A stretch of DNA of 62,391 nt, filler included. It is 14 parts of 14 records of this genome, joined end to end, with 100 filler letters (N's around TTAATTAATTAA, not from the genome) between each part and the next. Parts side by side here need not be neighbours in the genome. Positions count along the whole stretch, not along the records: positions 57,828 to 62,391 come from SRR15195285_15658; 13 more parts are not named here. One strand, given 5' to 3'. The stretch's first letter is position 1, and the number at the start of each line of letters is the position of its first letter. The notes under the pieces are model-generated. The model was not told the DNA's origin. It ran no database searches and saw only the letters and a list, made by a program, of their open reading frames with translations. Positions 61,891-62,391 of this stretch are shown in pieces. Made by a program: the position numbers and the translations under genes.

Positions 61891-62040
61891 AAGCTTGCCG
61901 AGGACCCCGAGAATGCAGGCCAGCAGGTGGCCAAGAACGTTTTGCGAAAGCGGCAGTCGGTTCGGAAGCTTGTCGACGACCCGGAGAATGCAGGCCAGAA
62001 GGTGGCCCCGGGTGCCTTGCGGAAGCGGACGGCGCGGCAG
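61891..62040 (+). repeat. Two diverged tandem copies of a 75-bp unit
   Basis: AAGCTTG..GA.GACCC.GAGAATGCAGGCCAG.AGGTGGCC at 61891 and 61966. The copies translate as KLAEDPENAGQQVAKNVLRKRQSVR and KLVDDPENAGQKVAPGALRKRTARQ. Confidence 0.8.
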
Positions 62041-62391
62041 CAGAAGTGGAAGGCTGATAACAGCTCCCTGTCTTCAGCGTCACGCGAGTGCTGGCATTAC
62101 GCGTGTCTCTGGTCGTGTCGGCGAACGCCAGATTCCTCCTGCAGCACCTGCATAGTTCGCTGGAGGCTGTTCTCCTTGCAGAACTGCAGCATCAGCTTGG
62201 CTGTTCTCCTCGCAGCCGCTGCTCTCGTCCGGAAGCCGAAGCGACGTTCGAAGGCGCGACGATTTCCACAACGTGATACCTGGTAAGTGGGAAATCGCCA
62301 GCACGCATCGGGATACAATTAAGGAAAAATGCCAGGATCGGCCTGAGAATTTTCAATAAACGCCAGGATCGTTCAGAATCTGAAGTACTAC

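Overview
This is eukaryotic genomic DNA, not one locus. Fourteen unlinked contigs (about 3-7.5 kb each) are joined by 100-bp N-TTAATTAATTAA-N spacers, so adjacency across spacers is meaningless. The genome is compact and GC-rich, with short GT-AG introns (two probable GC-AG) and CTRAC branch points. It looks like a heterotrophic marine protist from a SAG or MAG; Picozoa is a guess. Housekeeping genes are QTRT1, UBC2/RAD6, CIAO2B/MIP18, an ABC1/ADCK kinase and a PPR protein. Carbohydrate-active genes are numerous: GH32, GH56, GH42-like, DUF2961/GH172-like, a GH27/36-like barrel, a sulfatase, a TPR-GT23 fucosyltransferase and a ricin-type lectin. There is also a bacterial-type nitroreductase with an intron, an archaeal-type COG2112 kinase and several giant repeat proteins. 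The most notable unexplained signals are: (i) contig 10 is bracketed by a perfect 30-bp inverted repeat that starts inside the GT23 catalytic motif; (ii) a 63-bp AT-rich element flanked by a ~30-bp direct repeat, whose end motif recurs in other contigs; (iii) orphan or chimeric gene fragments; (iv) a PPR protein built from strict motif triplets; (v) a protein with a 5-unit super-repeat; and (vi) a TAGGA-N(0-4)-TCCTA palindrome family upstream of genes. Family assignments come from motif recognition by eye, not from database searches.
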